Of a DNA stretch of 47,624 bases, positions 29,937 through 38,795 are shown piece by piece (within the stretch, counting starts at the first letter, position 1; the number at the start of each line of letters is the position of its first letter). The stretch is from Patescibacteria group bacterium (GTDB lineage Bacteria > Patescibacteriota > Minisyncoccia > Phycocordibacterales > UBA918). A program made the translations under genes and the position numbers. The DNA is taken from positions 1-47,624 of the forward strand of contig JAIELQ010000005.1 in the NCBI GenBank assembly GCA_019752815.1, written 5' to 3'. A model generated the notes under the pieces. It did not search any database, was not told the DNA's origin, and worked only from the letters and a program-made list of their open reading frames with translations.

Positions 29937-30096
29937 AGTGGGGAGATTCTATCAGAAATGAGCTGATACGTCAATTTATTGTGTTCCAACGAGTCCTATC
30001 AACATGTTTTAGTGGTGTATTGCGGTCCACAAAAAAGTACCGTGGTATTATGGCTTTGTAAGTAAATACAACATTGTATTTACACGCCTTTTTGCC

Positions 30097-31320
30097 ATGA
30101 AAGTACTCACTTTTGGCTGGGATTTTCCACCGTCACGAAACGGTGGTCTTGGCGTGGCTTGTTATGGGTTAACTCGAGAGCTTGCGACCGAAGGAATTGA
30201 AGTACTGTTTGTGCTCCCTAAAAAACAAGAAACAATCGGCACCCCAAAATTTATTTTTGCTGGGCAGGAACATAAAACAACCGTTATTGAAGTTAATTCA
30301 GCGATTGCTCCGTACCACAGTGGTTCGAGCCAGGTTACAAGTGTTATTGGCTACCATAGTGATGGCACACCAAAATACGCCACCCGAACTATGCTTGATG
30401 AGGTACATCTGTTTGCCATTCAAGCTGCTGCAATCGCGCGAACCCATCAATTTGATATCATTCATGCGCATGATTGGACGTCATATTTAGCTGGTGTGGC
30501 CGCCAAGAAGGCTAGTGGTAAACCACTGATACTTCATGTTCATGCGACTTCGTTTGACCAGGCGGCGAGCAACAATGTTGACCCAAGTATCTTTCGGATT
30601 GAACAAGATGCCTTTAACACTGCTGATACGATTGTGGCGGTAAGTGAATTCACGCGGCGGATTATTATTGAAAAGCACCGTATAGCACCGGAAAAAATTG
30701 TCGTCGTGCATAACGGATGTGACACCTTTATTCCTCCCGTACACGATCCGTCGCTGAAAGAATTAAAAGCTCAAGGTAAAAAAATTGTTCTCTATCACGG
30801 ACGTATCACTATTCAAAAAGGAGTCGACTATTTTGTGCGGGCGGCGCGACGAGTCGTTGATGTTGATCCAAATATTGTGTTTGTGATTTCTGGTTGGGGT
30901 GATATGCAGAATCAGATTATTAGGATGGTGGGAGAATTAGGGTTGTCGGGAAATGTTATTTTTGCTGGGGCGTTGTGGGAGGAGGAACGTGACCGTATGT
31001 ATCAGACCGCTGATTTGGTGGTGATGCCGTCGGTCTCTGAACCATTTGGACTCGTGCCACTTGAAGCACTGCAACACGGTACGCCGTCACTTATATCCAA
31101 ACAGTCAGGAGTGGCCGAGGTCCTCACGCATGTGCTCAAGGTTGATTTCTGGGATACGGATGCAATGGCGAATCAAATTTTGGCTACAATGCGGTATGAT
31201 GTAATGCGAACGCAACTGGCGAGTCATGGCCGCCAGGAAATAAATCGTTTGTCGTGGCGTGAGGCTGCTAAAAAAGTGGTGAGTTTATATAAAAATCTTG
31301 TTAATTTAATTCGGGCGTAA
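30097..31320 (+). CDS. GT4-family glycosyltransferase (glycogen/alpha-glucan synthase-like)
   Basis: GWDFPP...GGLG, HAHDW, QKGVD, EPFGLVPLEA. Confidence 0.9.
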   Translation: MKVLTFGWDFPPSRNGGLGVACYGLTRELATEGIEVLFVLPKKQETIGTPKFIFAGQEHKTTVIEVNSAIAPYHSGSSQVTSVIGYHSDGTPKYATRTMLDEVHLFAIQAAAIARTHQFDIIHAHDWTSYLAGVAAKKASGKPLILHVHATSFDQAASNNVDPSIFRIEQDAFNTADTIVAVSEFTRRIIIEKHRIAPEKIVVVHNGCDTFIPPVHDPSLKELKAQGKKIVLYHGRITIQKGVDYFVRAARRVVDVDPNIVFVISGWGDMQNQIIRMVGELGLSGNVIFAGALWEEERDRMYQTADLVVMPSVSEPFGLVPLEALQHGTPSLISKQSGVAEVLTHVLKVDFWDTDAMANQILATMRYDVMRTQLASHGRQEINRLSWREAAKKVVSLYKNLVNLIRA

Positions 31321-31321
31321 T

Positions 31322-32740
31322 ATGTTATCGGTCTGTCCCTATTTTCACGTCCATCAACCATATCGCGTCAAGCAATATCGGGTTTTTGATATTGGTAATG
31401 ACACTGAGTATTTTAATGATGGTAGTGAGACTGATTTAAACAATCGGCGCATCATAGAAAAAGTGGCCAATAAATCCTATCGGCCAACTAATAAAATGTT
31501 AAAAGAACTCCTCGATGCCCATCCGGAATTTCGGTTTGCGTTATCGTTTTCTGGAACGGCGCTCGATCAATTTGAAGCGTACGCGCCCGATGTCCTTGAG
31601 TCATTTCAAGAGCTGGTGGCTACTGGACGGGTTGAGATTTTGGCTGATACCTATCACCACTCGCTCGCGTTCTTTTATTCGGTACCAGAATTTGAACGAC
31701 AGGTACAAAAACACCAAAAACGTATCGAAGATTTATTTGGGCTAACACCAAAAGTTTTTCGCAACACTGAATTATCCTATCGTAATGATTTGGCTAAATG
31801 GTGTGAGGATAATGGGTACTTGGGAATTATGGCTGAAGGGTGGGACAAGTACCTTGGCTGGCGCAGCCCTAACTACGTGTACAGTCCAAAAGATTGTCGT
31901 TCAATCAAGGTGCTGTTAAAGAACTACAAACTATCAGACGATGTGGCTTTTCGATTTGGGAACCAGGCTTGGGAATCGTTCCCACTGCGGGCCGAAACAT
32001 TTGCGGATTGGGTACATGCCCATCATGGGGACGGGCAGACGGTGAATTTATTCATGGACTATGAGACGTTTGGTGAGCACCAATGGGAAGACACGGGCAT
32101 CTTTAACTTTTTACGGGCTCTACCTTCACAAATCCTCAAACATCCTGATACTAGTTTTAAAACGCCCACCGAAACAATTTTGTCCTACGACTCAACAGGG
32201 GAGTATGATGTGCCAGACGTACTCACGTGGGCTGACACCGACCGTGATCTCACTGCTTGGACCGGGAATGATATTCAACGCGATGCGTTAGCTAAAATTT
32301 ATGCGCTCGAGGCTGATGTGATGGAAATTAATGACCCACAGCTTACGGAAATTTGGCGTAAACTGCAAACGTCAGACCACTTCTACTACATGTGTACCAA
32401 GTGGTCTAACGACGGAGATGTTCACGCCTACTTCAGTCCGTACCAATCCCCATATGACGCATATATCGCTTTCATGAATGCGTTATCTGATTTACAATTG
32501 AGAGTAGCAGATAGGGTAATGAAAGTGCGTTTAAAGAAACAGGCAGCACAAGAAGCAAAAGAAAAAAGAGCTGAAGCAAGGGCAAAAGCAAAAGAACTGG
32601 CAAAACCAACCGTTCGCCCTGAGCCACCGCTTGAACTTGTTGTTGCCAAGGTAACTATCAAAATGAGAATAGAAGCCTGGTTGCGACATTCGCACATAGG
32701 ACGAAAAATATGGGGGTTATTCCACAAGAATAAAAAATAG
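31322..32740 (+). CDS. GH57 alpha-amylase/amylopullulanase-family protein
   Basis: HVHQP, FRNTEL, MDYETFGEH, LQTSDHFYYM. Confidence 0.92.
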   Translation: MLSVCPYFHVHQPYRVKQYRVFDIGNDTEYFNDGSETDLNNRRIIEKVANKSYRPTNKMLKELLDAHPEFRFALSFSGTALDQFEAYAPDVLESFQELVATGRVEILADTYHHSLAFFYSVPEFERQVQKHQKRIEDLFGLTPKVFRNTELSYRNDLAKWCEDNGYLGIMAEGWDKYLGWRSPNYVYSPKDCRSIKVLLKNYKLSDDVAFRFGNQAWESFPLRAETFADWVHAHHGDGQTVNLFMDYETFGEHQWEDTGIFNFLRALPSQILKHPDTSFKTPTETILSYDSTGEYDVPDVLTWADTDRDLTAWTGNDIQRDALAKIYALEADVMEINDPQLTEIWRKLQTSDHFYYMCTKWSNDGDVHAYFSPYQSPYDAYIAFMNALSDLQLRVADRVMKVRLKKQAAQEAKEKRAEARAKAKELAKPTVRPEPPLELVVAKVTIKMRIEAWLRHSHIGRKIWGLFHKNKK

Positions 32741-32746
32741 TTCTTT

Positions 32747-33160
32747 ATGAAAACAACAATTAAAAAAGAAACAAAAACAGTCACCAAAAAAACTACTCCA
32801 AAAAAAGTAGCTAAGACAAAATCAACAAGCGTTAAAGTAACAGGCGTTGCTCCAAAAAAAGTAGTAGCAAAAAAGGTTGCGGGTCCAAAGTCAAAAAAAG
32901 AGATGGTGGTAGCATCAAACTATAATTCATTTTGGATGAATGATGGGCAAATTTTAAATTCACTTGCTGCTCTTGAAGGTGCTCTTAAAAAAATGGACAC
33001 TGCAGTTTATAAATACCATACTGCTCTTGGACGACATGATTTTGCTAACTGGGTAGAAGATGTGTTACAGGATATTGAATGCGCCGCGGCACTACGTACT
33101 GCCAAGACTCCAAAGTCTGCTCATACGGTTGTCGTTAAGTTTTTGGCAACCTACAAATAA
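32747..33160 (+). CDS. Lys-rich N-terminus plus DUF5752-like domain
   Basis: FWMNDGQILNSL...YH...HDFANWVEDVLQD, located in the glucan operon. Confidence 0.65.
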   Translation: MKTTIKKETKTVTKKTTPKKVAKTKSTSVKVTGVAPKKVVAKKVAGPKSKKEMVVASNYNSFWMNDGQILNSLAALEGALKKMDTAVYKYHTALGRHDFANWVEDVLQDIECAAALRTAKTPKSAHTVVVKFLATYK

Positions 33161-33163
33161 AAT

Positions 33164-35134
33164 ATGGCGCGCGCACTTACTCTTGGAAACGGCAACATGC
33201 TGGTTGGTATTGATTATCGCGGACAAGTGCGCGACTTGTATTGGCCGTATGTCGGACAAACCAATCATGTTAGTGGCGCCAGTGGCAGCTTCGTTCACCG
33301 CATCGGCGTGTATGTCGAAGATACTATGTACTGGCTTGATGATGCCAGTTGGGATATTACGATTGGTGCTGTCGGAGACAGTGTGCTCGGTAACTTCACC
33401 GCCGTACATCAAACAGCCCAGGTGACACTCTCGAGTAAAGATGCCGTACATAACGAGCATGATGTGTTTATTCGTCAGTTTACGCTTGTTAACAATAGTG
33501 AAGAGCCGCGTGAACTTAAACTTTTTTTAGCACAACAATTTCGGATTGGTGAATCCAGGCGAGGAGACACAGCATTTTATGATCCTCGTGTTGGTGCGAT
33601 TATTCACTACAAAGGTGATGATACGTTTTTAATTAATGCGACCCAAAATGGAAAACAATTTACCGAATTTACGATTGGACTGTTTGGTATTGAAGGTCGT
33701 GAGGGTGCTTACCATGATGCCTATGATGGTGTTTTAGAAAAAAATCCAATTGAACATGGATCAGTAGATTCTATTATAGGCTTTACCGCGCAACTAGACG
33801 CCGGAGAAAGTAGTGATATTTCCTACTGGATTGCTGCGGGGGAGTCAATCCCAAAAACCCATACCCTGGATGCCTTTGTGATTGAGGAAACACCAGAGCG
33901 GTTGCGGGCTTCAACTGATGCCTATTGGCGAGCCTGGCTTACCAAAGACGGTCGTGACATCTCTGCATTATCGCAATCACTTCAAACATTGTACCGACGA
34001 TCATTGGCCACGATTCGTGTTCATACTGATAACCGCGGAGGAATTATCGCCAGTAGTGACACTGATATGTTGCATCATGGACGAGATACATACAGTTACG
34101 TCTGGCCCCGTGACGGTGCATTAATCGCGCACGCACTTGATCAAACTGGATACAACGAGGTGGCCGAACGATTCTTTTCGTTTATGTCCAAGTGCCAAGA
34201 GCCAGCTGGGTATTTAATGCATAAATATTTAACGGACGGTTCGTTAGGTAGTTCGTGGCACCCATGGCTCCAAAATGGGCAAGCCTATTTACCGATTCAA
34301 GAAGATGAGACAGCGAGCGTGTTGTTTATGCTGTGGCGACATTATGAACTAACCAAAGATTTAGAGTTTATCGAAGGTCTCTATAATTCATTTATCGAAC
34401 CAGCTGCTAAATTTATGTGTGAGTATATTGAACCGCTCACAGGACTGCCCTCAGCATCATTTGATTTATGGGAAGAGAAATACGGTACTTCAACCTACAC
34501 CGCAGCGTCTGTATACGGGGGACTGATGGCAGCGATGCGATTTGCGAGTTTGCTCGGTAAAGATAACGATGCGCGTACTTGGCAGGTTGTTGCCTCACGC
34601 ATGCAGAAGGCCATTGTAGGGGTGCTGTATGATCCTGATATAAAAATGTTTGTAAAGCACGTGACGCATACCGAAGATGGGGAATTAGTGTTTGATCGTA
34701 CAATTGATACTAGTAGTTTCCATGGAGTGGTATTTTTTGAGGTGTTAGAACCGGACGATGCACTCGTCAAGACTTCACTTAAAACGATTGAAAAAGTATT
34801 ACAAGTAGAGGGTAGTAGCAAAGGCTTTATTCGCTACCAACATGATCGCTACTATACGATGCAAGAAGCTGGCAGTCCAAACCCGTGGGTTATCTGTACA
34901 CTCTGGATTGCACAGTACTATATCCGGATTGCTAAAAAAGCAGCTGACTTGAAACCAGCTATGGAACTACTTGAATGGACCGCATCACACGCTTCACCAT
35001 CAGGAACGTTGTCTGAGCAAATGCATCCGCATACGCGCGAGCATTTGTCGACGTCGCCTTTAATCTGGAGTCATGCCGAATATGTTTTGACAGTCGACCT
35101 TTACCTGCGCAAGGTACAATCGTTTGCCAAGTAG
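33164..35134 (+). CDS. GH15 glucoamylase-family glycoside hydrolase
   Basis: GNGNML, YSYVWPRDG, QEDET, DLWEE, LSEQ, PLIWSHA. Confidence 0.93.
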   Translation: MARALTLGNGNMLVGIDYRGQVRDLYWPYVGQTNHVSGASGSFVHRIGVYVEDTMYWLDDASWDITIGAVGDSVLGNFTAVHQTAQVTLSSKDAVHNEHDVFIRQFTLVNNSEEPRELKLFLAQQFRIGESRRGDTAFYDPRVGAIIHYKGDDTFLINATQNGKQFTEFTIGLFGIEGREGAYHDAYDGVLEKNPIEHGSVDSIIGFTAQLDAGESSDISYWIAAGESIPKTHTLDAFVIEETPERLRASTDAYWRAWLTKDGRDISALSQSLQTLYRRSLATIRVHTDNRGGIIASSDTDMLHHGRDTYSYVWPRDGALIAHALDQTGYNEVAERFFSFMSKCQEPAGYLMHKYLTDGSLGSSWHPWLQNGQAYLPIQEDETASVLFMLWRHYELTKDLEFIEGLYNSFIEPAAKFMCEYIEPLTGLPSASFDLWEEKYGTSTYTAASVYGGLMAAMRFASLLGKDNDARTWQVVASRMQKAIVGVLYDPDIKMFVKHVTHTEDGELVFDRTIDTSSFHGVVFFEVLEPDDALVKTSLKTIEKVLQVEGSSKGFIRYQHDRYYTMQEAGSPNPWVICTLWIAQYYIRIAKKAADLKPAMELLEWTASHASPSGTLSEQMHPHTREHLSTSPLIWSHAEYVLTVDLYLRKVQSFAK

Positions 35135-35253
35135 TAACGAAAAAATACTCCATCTACGTTGTTGCTGCTCGCACTCAAGCATTCAATGTGCAAAAAGCAC
35201 ACCTCATGCTTTCGCACTCACGCGCCTAGTATCTGAAGCATTTTATCGTCACT
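35132..35253 (-). repeat. Palindromic element family A, copy 6 (begins at the GH15 TAG)
   Basis: CATCTACGTTGTTGC...TCAA-TGTGC-AAAAA-GCACA-CCTCA...CGCGCCTAGTATCT. The core stem sequence differs but pairing is kept. Confidence 0.82.
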
Positions 35254-35271
35254 TCAGAGTATTCTTTAAGC

Positions 35272-36090
35272 CTACTTGAAGCATCTCTTCCAAAAACCTA
35301 AGCCGAAAGGTAATTTTTGGTATTGACCAATTTTCGTGCGGTGGATGTGGTAGGCGAGGCCGGTGGTTTTGCATTCCTTTGCAATTACTTCGGCGAGGGT
35401 GCGCATGTAGGTGCCGGAACTGGCGGTGCAGGAAAAGGTGGCAATAGTAAATGTATCAGTCGGTTTGCCAGTGGCAAAAAATAGCTTCCAATCTTTGCGG
35501 ACGTCGACCCGTCTAAAGTCATTGCCGAGGGCTTTGCTGGCGTCCGTGACGGGTTTGATTGATTCGATTTTTGTTGAGACTTCGTCGTAAATTTCCTGAC
35601 GAGTTTTTGTTTCTAGTTTTTTTATAGCGAGGTTGTAAATCGTCGATTCCTTTGTTGGGATTTTGATTTCGTGTAGGCGGCCTTCGAGGGTCCAGACATG
35701 CAGCGGTTTACCCTTAACGGTTTTGGATGAAAAGTGTGGGTAGGGCAGATTGACGGGGCCAACTAATTTTTTAATAGAAGTTACAAGTTGTGATTTTGAA
35801 ATTGTAGGGATTTTGAGTGCAATTGTGAGTCTGCCTAATACATCAGCGGTGTCAGAGGATACGCCAAACAAAACCGAGAATTCATATTGTTTGTCTAGAT
35901 TATGATATTTCTCCTGCACTTTACATTCATCACTTATGAGAATTAATAGTTTACCTGAAGCCATTGGATCCAGTCGTCCGGCATAGGCAAGTGGTACGCC
36001 CGTGTATTCGGTATGTGCCGCGCGCCATAATTCAGCGCACTCCAGTGGCGTTTGTCCAACCGCTTTTTCTAAAACCACATACTTTTGCAT
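35272..36090 (-). CDS. truB: tRNA pseudouridine synthase B-like protein
   Basis: YAGRLDPMASGKL, SDTAD, SGTYMRTL. Confidence 0.8.
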   Translation of the reverse strand: MQKYVVLEKAVGQTPLECAELWRAAHTEYTGVPLAYAGRLDPMASGKLLILISDECKVQEKYHNLDKQYEFSVLFGVSSDTADVLGRLTIALKIPTISKSQLVTSIKKLVGPVNLPYPHFSSKTVKGKPLHVWTLEGRLHEIKIPTKESTIYNLAIKKLETKTRQEIYDEVSTKIESIKPVTDASKALGNDFRRVDVRKDWKLFFATGKPTDTFTIATFSCTASSGTYMRTLAEVIAKECKTTGLAYHIHRTKIGQYQKLPFGLGFWKRCFK

Positions 36091-36106
36091 AATTTCTACT
36101 CTAACA

Positions 36107-36193
36107 TTTAGCCCGTTAGAAGTACAAATGTAAATTATTTAAATTTTTTAGGTATCATTTAGTTGTCTTGGAGATAACTTCTAACGGGCTAAA
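36107..36193. mobile_element. 87-bp MITE-like element with perfect 17-bp terminal inverted repeats
   Basis: TTTAGCCCGTTAGAAGT / ACTTCTAACGGGCTAAA around an AT-rich spacer. Confidence 0.65.
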
Positions 36194-36244
36194 AAGGAAA
36201 GAGCCGGACAAAAGAATGCCGGCTCCTGTATGCGACCTGTGACC

Positions 36245-36571
36245 TCAAGAGGTCGGTGCATCATTGCACTGAGGTTTGAATTCGTCAAAACGAATCCATT
36301 CCCCGTTGTAGTAAATGCGCTCGTTCCCGTCTTCATCCTCGACATATGAATCGAGCAGGGGATTGTCCTCGGTGACGAGCTTCACGAACACCTGCGATCC
36401 ACTGCATGACACAACTTGCCACGGGAAGTCTTCCATGAAGTCGATATCATCCGGGTTCACCGTGGTGAAGTTGTGAATGACTTCTGCTTCAGTGCATGTG
36501 CACAGAGCTTCTTGGGCAGTCGCGTTGGTGGCGAAAGCGATAACGAGAAGTGCTGCAACGAAAAGTTTCAT
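36245..36571 (-). CDS. Secreted acidic hypothetical protein (orphan, 4 Cys)
   Basis: Signal peptide MKLFVAALLVIAFATNATA. Promoter TTGATT-N17-TACTAT, SD-like GAGG/AGGA, downstream hairpin. Confidence 0.75.
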   Translation of the reverse strand: MKLFVAALLVIAFATNATAQEALCTCTEAEVIHNFTTVNPDDIDFMEDFPWQVVSCSGSQVFVKLVTEDNPLLDSYVEDEDGNERIYYNGEWIRFDEFKPQCNDAPTS

Positions 36572-36680
36572 TTTCCTGTCCTCGTAACTGGCTGGTCGAG
36601 CGTTGGTGCCGACCTTGTCCAGTTACTATAGTACCATAGATTTATGTAAAAATCAAGTACTGGAGGATAAAATCTATAAC

Positions 36681-37658
36681 TTAGGCCATATTTTCTTCAT
36701 CCTGCGCGTCTTCCTCGTCTTCGATTTCAGACTGAATAATTTCTTCGATAATGTCTTCAAGAGACAACACACCAATGGCTTCACCAGAGCTTTTTTCTAC
36801 AATCGCAATGTGTTGTTTCTTTTTAAGCATGCGGGCGAGCACGGTATCGAGGTAGGCACTGCCTTTGAGGCGCATAATGTTGGTATCAAAAGCCTCTTCG
36901 GTTTGTTTGATAGAAATATTTTCGTCTTCAGTCAGGAGATCTTTGGCAAAGAGTACACCAACTACATTAGTTTTGTTGCCACTATAGATGGGGAATCGAG
37001 AATAGCCCTGTTCAGAAACTTCATTAAAAAACTGATCGTTCAAACGTTGGTTTTCATCAAACATGGCTACGTTTTCAATGGGGGTCATTACTTCACGAAC
37101 TTGCCGGTGTGAAAACTGCAGAGCACCATGCACAATACGTTCCTCATCTGCATCGATTGGACTGTGTTCTGAATCTTCATGTTCAGAAATAATCTGCATG
37201 ATCTCGTGTTTGGAATACATCGCTGGGGTAGCGTGACCGAGTAATCGATCGAGTGTATATGCCACCGGGAAGGCAACTGGATAGCCAATAAACATAAGTG
37301 CCCGAGTAAGTGGTGCTAGCGCACTCCCAAATTTGAGTGCATGTCGTGAAAACAATGCCTGGGGACCAATTTCACCAAAAATAAAAATAAGGGCAGTGGC
37401 CATAAAACTCGCCATAACACCACTTGCCAAAGAACCAAGAAATACTGAAAGAATGGTATTAACGGTGACGTTGCCTAATAGTAGGGTGGTAAGTAGTAAA
37501 TTACCTCGTGCTCGTAGTGGATAGATGGCGATAGCTTGTGGGTCACCGGTGTTGGCACGACGACGCAGTGAAGCGAGATCAAGCGAGAAATACGCCAAAG
37601 TCAGCCCGGAGAAAATCGCCGAACAGACAATAAGAAACAGTGAAATTATTAGGGTCAC
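36681..37658 (-). CDS. CNNM/CorC-family (DUF21 + CBS) membrane protein
   Basis: FSGLTL, LLTTLLLGNV, IFGEIGPQA, YSRFPIY, LEDIIEEII. Confidence 0.92.
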   Translation of the reverse strand: MTLIISLFLIVCSAIFSGLTLAYFSLDLASLRRRANTGDPQAIAIYPLRARGNLLLTTLLLGNVTVNTILSVFLGSLASGVMASFMATALIFIFGEIGPQALFSRHALKFGSALAPLTRALMFIGYPVAFPVAYTLDRLLGHATPAMYSKHEIMQIISEHEDSEHSPIDADEERIVHGALQFSHRQVREVMTPIENVAMFDENQRLNDQFFNEVSEQGYSRFPIYSGNKTNVVGVLFAKDLLTEDENISIKQTEEAFDTNIMRLKGSAYLDTVLARMLKKKQHIAIVEKSSGEAIGVLSLEDIIEEIIQSEIEDEEDAQDEENMA

Positions 37659-37667
37659 GATAGGGGA

Positions 37668-37748
37668 TTAGATAGGTTCACCACCTAGGAATGAGTTCAC
37701 GATAAGCAGAAGCACAAAGCCTGCGAGCACGAGAATAAGAAATTTCAT
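37668..37748 (-). CDS. Putative 26-aa single-TM peptide, absent from ORF track
   Basis: MKFLILVLAGFVLLLIVNSFLGGEPI. Extended -10 TGGTATTGT lies 9 nt before the ATG. Ends 9 nt before the CNNM start. Confidence 0.55.
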   Translation of the reverse strand: MKFLILVLAGFVLLLIVNSFLGGEPI

Positions 37749-37787
37749 ATAACTCATACAATACCACATTTTCCCGTATCGTAAACA

Positions 37788-37818
37788 AAAACAACCTCCC
37801 GTGAGGGAGGTTGTTTTT
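37788..37818. terminator. Terminator hairpin, direct-repeat copy 1
   Basis: AAAACAACCTCCCGTGAGGGAGGTTGTTTTT. Confidence 0.85.
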
Positions 37819-37842
37819 GTTATAAATCATTGCGACCATTAG

Positions 37843-38538
37843 TTACATAATCTTAGCTCCTTTTTCCAGATTGTGACGAGCGCATAATAGTTGAATATTT
37901 TTTGCGTCATCACTGCGCCCACCCTTAGAGTAAGGTAATACGTGGTCATAGTGTAAGCCGTCACCAGCACCACAGGTGGTACATTTGCCGCCGTCGCGTT
38001 TCCATACTTCAACTTTGACATGTGCTGGTATCATCCGTTCGTGAGTATATTCAAAAATTTTATCAGGGTTTTGTGCACTGACCTGTTTTGGATGTAAGTG
38101 GAAGGTGAAGACTTTTCTGTTTCCGCGCACAATGATTTCCGCATTTAATAATTCAAACAAACCTTTGTCGTACCAAATACCAGGCATCAATTTTTCATAT
38201 ACTTGAATTTCGAGCGGTGTAGTTCGTTCACTGTTTTTATATCGTTCAGACTCTCGGAAAAATTTACCATTATCAGTCAAGGTGCTTCCGCTAGAGTACA
38301 TCGGTTGATCAATTTCTTTGCGTTTGTCTCCAGCGCCATACACATCATGACCCTCATAAATTAATATTTGTTTTTCTTCATCCCACACATCTGCGTAGGG
38401 TGCATTATCTTTAACCGACATCAAGAAGACAGATGGTCGACTATCTTTTCTAAAATTCATTCCTTTTTGCAAATGAGCCTTTTCTTTGATTACCAATTCG
38501 AGGTACGAAATGATTTGGGTAGAATTACGATTATCCAT
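37843..38538 (-). CDS. HNH endonuclease with N-terminal putative SRA-like domain
   Basis: C-terminal CTTC...HYDHVLPYSKGG...NIQLLCARHN. N-terminal PYAD...IYEG resembles SRA-type folds (inference). Confidence 0.85.
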   Translation of the reverse strand: MDNRNSTQIISYLELVIKEKAHLQKGMNFRKDSRPSVFLMSVKDNAPYADVWDEEKQILIYEGHDVYGAGDKRKEIDQPMYSSGSTLTDNGKFFRESERYKNSERTTPLEIQVYEKLMPGIWYDKGLFELLNAEIIVRGNRKVFTFHLHPKQVSAQNPDKIFEYTHERMIPAHVKVEVWKRDGGKCTTCGAGDGLHYDHVLPYSKGGRSDDAKNIQLLCARHNLEKGAKIM

Positions 38539-38623
38539 GTTTGCAGCTTATCACGTTAGATATTTTATTGCAGCAAAGTTTAAAGTTGTTGAGTAAGAGC
38601 CGTATATCTTCAATAGCAAACAC

Positions 38624-38654
38624 AAAACAACCTCCCGTGAGGGAGGTTGTTTTT
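38624..38654. terminator. Terminator hairpin, direct-repeat copy 2 (DEAD-box gene terminator)
   Basis: Identical 31-mer to 37788-37818. Confidence 0.85.
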
Positions 38655-38675
38655 TAATCAACTAAGTTACTGAAA

Positions 38676-38791
38676 GGTTTCAAAAATAGATGGATTCCTA
38701 GGCGATGGAGTAAAATATTTGGAGACGTATTTTTATACGGCGGAAAATATTTTGCGAACAGCAACAACGGAAGGCGCTATTTTTGGAGACT
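38676..38791 (+). repeat. Palindromic element family A, copy 7 (after DEAD-box stop)
   Basis: CTAGGCG...GAGACGTAT-TTTT-ATACGGCGGA...GCAACAACG within GTTTCAAAAATAG/CTATTTTTGGAGAC ends. Confidence 0.75.
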
Positions 38792-38795
38792 GATA

